A stretch of DNA of 64,000 nucleotides from Candidatus Neptunichlamydia sp. (GTDB lineage Bacteria > Chlamydiota > Chlamydiia > Chlamydiales > Simkaniaceae), in NCBI GenBank assembly GCA_965233865.1, contig OZ247587.1, forward strand, positions 1,024,001 through 1,088,000, written 5' to 3'. Numbering within the stretch: position 1 is the stretch's first letter; the number at the start of each line of letters is the position of its first letter. Positions 60,634 through 64,000 of this stretch are shown in pieces. The translations under genes and the position numbers were made by a program. The notes beneath the pieces were generated by a model, which did no database searches, had not been told where the DNA came from, and was given only the letters and a program-made list of their open reading frames with translations.

Positions 60634-61762
60634 CTTCTTGTCCTTGGTGTAAAAATCTGTCTATTACACTTTCGCACCCAAGTTCCATGCAGAAGCCTCG
60701 CGCTAAATGCCACTCTGCTTCTTTTTTGTTAAGCCCCCGCGACTGCAGATAAAAAAGTTCATCTTCCTTGGGGCGAGCAACTGTCGCGCCGTGAGATGCT
60801 TTTACATCGTCTGCAAGAATCTCAAGGTTTGGCTTGCTCATTGCTTGAGCTTTGGGACTGAGAAGGAGATTATTATTGAGTTGATATGCCTCAGTTTGCT
60901 GCGCCTCTTTTTCAACAAAAATCTTTCCTTCAAAACTTGAACGCGCGCGTCCCATAAGCGCCGTTTTGTAGTGCTGATTCGATCGACAATTAGGGGACAC
61001 ATGCCTAACGTCAATGTAATGATGTATCTCATCCTTAAAAGCAGGTAAAGAGAGCCCTTTAAGATCCACCTCGCTTCGCTCTCCTTCAAGAGAGATTTGA
61101 ATATCATGTCTTTCAGAACATGCACCCTTTGAGAAAGTAAACATTTTAAAGAAGGCCTCTTTTTTGAGCCGTGCTCGAATCGTATGCATGGCAAAGGCAT
61201 CTGAGCCATGTTCAAGATGCTCATTAATTGAAGCAGTTGCTCCTTCTTCAAGAGAGAATTGCAGATATTGATTGTAAAAGTAGTGTCCTCCCCCTTTCTG
61301 AGTATAATGGATTGATAAGTGCGCCCCTTTTCCTAAAAATATTTCCATTTTTGGTGTGTGCAGAGCACCTTCCTCAAGAGAAGGAAGTGACCATTCCATT
61401 TCGATGGTCTTTCCAGGGGGGATATAGAGAAAAAGTCCTGAGTCAGCAAAGGCTGTATTAAGGAGAGCATAAGGGTTTTTTTCTTCCTTAAGCGCTTTTT
61501 GAAAGCCTTTTAATAGAAGAGCGCCGTGAGATCGCATCGCAGAATTTAGGGGGAGGGCAATGATCCCAGCGGCGCCCGAAATTTTAATGTCGCTAGCCTG
61601 AGCTAATTTAAAAGATCCCCGATTTAATTGCATCAAAGAATTATAGCGAAAAGCATCCCACTTCTTCGTCGGAAGGCCCAGTTGCTCGATAGCAGACCAT
61701 ACCCCCTTTTTCCAGGGAGCATTCTCTTGAAACAAGGGTTTTAACGTCTCTAGTAAACTCAT
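60626..61762 (-). CDS. sufD: Fe-S assembly protein SufD
   Basis: FEGKIFV...AQQTEAYQ.NNNLLLS, KPNLEI.ADDVKASHGAT. Confidence 0.92.
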   Translation of the reverse strand: MSLLETLKPLFQENAPWKKGVWSAIEQLGLPTKKWDAFRYNSLMQLNRGSFKLAQASDIKISGAAGIIALPLNSAMRSHGALLLKGFQKALKEEKNPYALLNTAFADSGLFLYIPPGKTIEMEWSLPSLEEGALHTPKMEIFLGKGAHLSIHYTQKGGGHYFYNQYLQFSLEEGATASINEHLEHGSDAFAMHTIRARLKKEAFFKMFTFSKGACSERHDIQISLEGERSEVDLKGLSLPAFKDEIHHYIDVRHVSPNCRSNQHYKTALMGRARSSFEGKIFVEKEAQQTEAYQLNNNLLLSPKAQAMSKPNLEILADDVKASHGATVARPKEDELFYLQSRGLNKKEAEWHLARGFCMELGCESVIDRFLHQGQEDG

Positions 61763-62496
61763 TGGTGGATTACATACCCTTTTTCTTCAAGTTTAAGGGC
61801 AAGCTCAGCACCTCCTGTCTTAGCAATTTTCCCACCTACGACCACATGAACAAATTGGGGTTTGATATAATCAAGAAGGCGTTGGTAATGGGTAATCAAT
61901 ATAAGGGCGTTCTCATCATGTAATTGCGACTTAACACCCGCTGCAACAACTTTCATTGCATCAATATCGAGTCCAGAGTCGGTTTCATCTAAAACAGCAA
62001 GCTTTGGCTGCAAAATTGCCATCTGCAAAATCTCATTACGTTTCTTTTCTCCCCCTGAAAAGCCGCCATTAACGTCTCTTTCAGCAAATGTAGGGCTAAT
62101 TTCTATCTCTTGCATCTTATTAATCAAGAGCTCTCGAAAAACTTCTTCTGACAAGGGTGCCTCCCTTTGACTCTTCCGTTTGCTATTCAAAGCACTATGC
62201 AAAAATTGAAAGTTTGTCACTCCAGGAATTTCAATGGGGTATTGAAAACCCATAAAGAGTCCAAGATGAGCCCTTTCGTCAATTTCAAGTTCCAAAAGAT
62301 TCTTCCCTAAAAAGGAGATAGAACCGTCGGTGATTTCATAGTCTGGATGTCCCACTAAAACTTTTGCAAGAGTGGATTTTCCCGCACCATTCGGCCCCAT
62401 GATCGCGTGAATTTCCCCCACATTTACTGTCAGAGAAAACCCTTTCAAGATTTTTTCTCCCTCCACCGACACATGAAGATTTTTGATCTCTAACAT
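61759..62496 (-). CDS. sufC: Fe-S assembly ATPase SufC
   Basis: GPNGAGKST, FQYP.EIPGV, GFSGGEKKRNE, LDETDSGLD. Confidence 0.96.
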   Translation of the reverse strand: MLEIKNLHVSVEGEKILKGFSLTVNVGEIHAIMGPNGAGKSTLAKVLVGHPDYEITDGSISFLGKNLLELEIDERAHLGLFMGFQYPIEIPGVTNFQFLHSALNSKRKSQREAPLSEEVFRELLINKMQEIEISPTFAERDVNGGFSGGEKKRNEILQMAILQPKLAVLDETDSGLDIDAMKVVAAGVKSQLHDENALILITHYQRLLDYIKPQFVHVVVGGKIAKTGGAELALKLEEKGYVIHQ

Positions 62497-63936
62497 TTAC
62501 CCCACCGACCCTTCTAATTTTAAGGTTAATAATTTTTGCGCTTCCGCTGCAAACTCAAGAGGAAGCTCTTTAGTCACGGCTTCGCAAAAGCCATTGACAA
62601 TCATTTGTATGGCATTTTCCTGAGAAATACCTCGCGTTTGCAGGTAAAAAAGCTGCTCTTCATTCATTTTAGAAGTGGATGCTTCGTGTTCAAGTTCTGC
62701 AGTATCATTATGCACTTCAATATAGGGAAAAGTGTTTGCACTACAATTATTTTTTACAAGCATAGAGTCGCACTGCGTAAAGTTGCGTGCTCCCTCAGCC
62801 CTTGATGAAATATGGACAAGACCTCGATAGGTATTCGAAGACTCATCTGCTGAAATCCCTTTGGAGATAATTGTAGACTTTGTCCGCTTTCCTAAATGAA
62901 TCATCTTCGTCCCAGTATCTGCTTGCATCTTTCCATTGGTCAAAGCAACAGAGTAAAATTCTCCAACTGAATCATCGCCTTGCAAAATGCAGGAAGGGTA
63001 TTTCCATGTGATCGCTGCGCCGGCTTCTACCTGGGTCCACGAGATCTTCGAACGTTTTCCAGCACACCGCCCCCGTTTTGTGACAAAGTTGTAAATGCCC
63101 CCTTTCCCTGTCTTTCGGTCACCTGCATACCAGTTTTGTACCGTTGAGTATTTGATTTCAGCATCGTCATGAGCAATAAGCTCAACAACTGCCGCATGCA
63201 ATTGATTTTCATCATATGCAGGGGCCGTGCACCCTTCTAAATAACTCACATACGACCCGGGTTCTGCAATAATGAGGGTTCTCTCAAACTGCCCTGTTTC
63301 CCGTTCGTTGATCCTAAAATAAGTAGAGAGCTCCATTGGACTACATACTCCCTTAGGGATATACACAAAGGACCCATCGGAAAAGACAGCAGAGTTTAAT
63401 GCCGTATAAAAATTGTCTCCAATGGGGACCACTGTGCCCAAATATTTTTTTAGAAGTTCGGGATATTTCTTAACAGCTTCACCCATTGAGCAGAGAACAA
63501 CTCCCGCCTTTTCAAGGGTTTCATGAAAAGTTGTTCCAAGCGACACCGAATCAAAAATAACATCGACCGCAACATTGCTGAGTCGCTTTTGCTCATCTAG
63601 AGGAATACCTAACTTATCAAAGGTGCGGAGAATTTCGGGATCAACTTCATCCAGACTATTTAGTTCTTGCTTCTTCTTTGGGGCGGCGTAATATCTAATA
63701 TTCTGAAAGTCAATGGGATCTATGTTTAAGTGGCCCCAATTGGGCTCAGTCATCTTCTTCCACTTCCGAAAAGCTTTCAGCCGGAACTCAAGCATAAAGC
63801 TCGGTTCCTCTTTCTTTTCAGAAAGAGTTCTAACCATTCTTTCGTCTAAACCCTTTGGGAAAAGGTCCGATTCAATCTTGGTTCTAAAGCCATATTTATA
63901 TTCTTCTCGCTCAGCAAGAAGCTCTTCAGTTGACAT
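62497..63936 (-). CDS. sufB: Fe-S assembly protein SufB
   Basis: [44 protein letters not shown]. Confidence 0.97.
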   Translation of the reverse strand: MSTEELLAEREEYKYGFRTKIESDLFPKGLDERMVRTLSEKKEEPSFMLEFRLKAFRKWKKMTEPNWGHLNIDPIDFQNIRYYAAPKKKQELNSLDEVDPEILRTFDKLGIPLDEQKRLSNVAVDVIFDSVSLGTTFHETLEKAGVVLCSMGEAVKKYPELLKKYLGTVVPIGDNFYTALNSAVFSDGSFVYIPKGVCSPMELSTYFRINERETGQFERTLIIAEPGSYVSYLEGCTAPAYDENQLHAAVVELIAHDDAEIKYSTVQNWYAGDRKTGKGGIYNFVTKRGRCAGKRSKISWTQVEAGAAITWKYPSCILQGDDSVGEFYSVALTNGKMQADTGTKMIHLGKRTKSTIISKGISADESSNTYRGLVHISSRAEGARNFTQCDSMLVKNNCSANTFPYIEVHNDTAELEHEASTSKMNEEQLFYLQTRGISQENAIQMIVNGFCEAVTKELPLEFAAEAQKLLTLKLEGSVG

Positions 63937-63961
63937 GCATTCTCCATCCTTCTTACCCAAT

Positions 63962-63991
63962 AAAATACCCTGTCCCCCCCCCTAATGTCAA
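63962..63991 (-). promoter_or_regulatory. Putative suf promoter with G9 tract in spacer
   Basis: TTGACA-TTAGGGGGGGGGACAGGG(18)-TATTTT, 25 nt upstream of sufB ATG. Confidence 0.55.
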
Positions 63992-64000
63992 CCGCTCAAT

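Overview
Chromosomal window from an environmental member of the Chlamydiota, probably Simkaniaceae-like (inference). The evidence is the gene orders nrdR-dksA, rluB/gpmA/nifS/nifU...birA/rodA, rpsL-rpsG-fusA-rpsJ without tufA and sctJ-K-L-R-S-T, plus three MOMP-like porin paralogues ending in RFDF. Most of the window is housekeeping: a Zn/Mn ABC transporter, rplU-rpmA-obgE, tsp, the str operon, PiT, glgP, zntA, glycosyltransferases, ackA-pta, the T3SS core, sufBCDS, tRNA-Ser and tRNA-Phe. Accessory or decaying patches lie between these. (1) 7.1-13.6 kb: a two-partner secretion pair, an AT-rich beta-propeller gene, an IS481 fragment and a dipeptidase pseudogene carrying a terminator. (2) 25.7-29.5 kb: a ~3.8 kb integrase-less islet in tRNA-Phe with an att duplication, arm-like repeats and secreted or surface cargo. 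(3) 35.1-36.6 kb: IS debris after rpsJ that hides a decayed polymorphic toxin/immunity pair. Remnants of IS1, IS3, IS5, IS6, IS256, IS481 and probably IS982 are present. No CRISPR array or rRNA was seen. All family assignments come from motif recognition by eye, not database searches.
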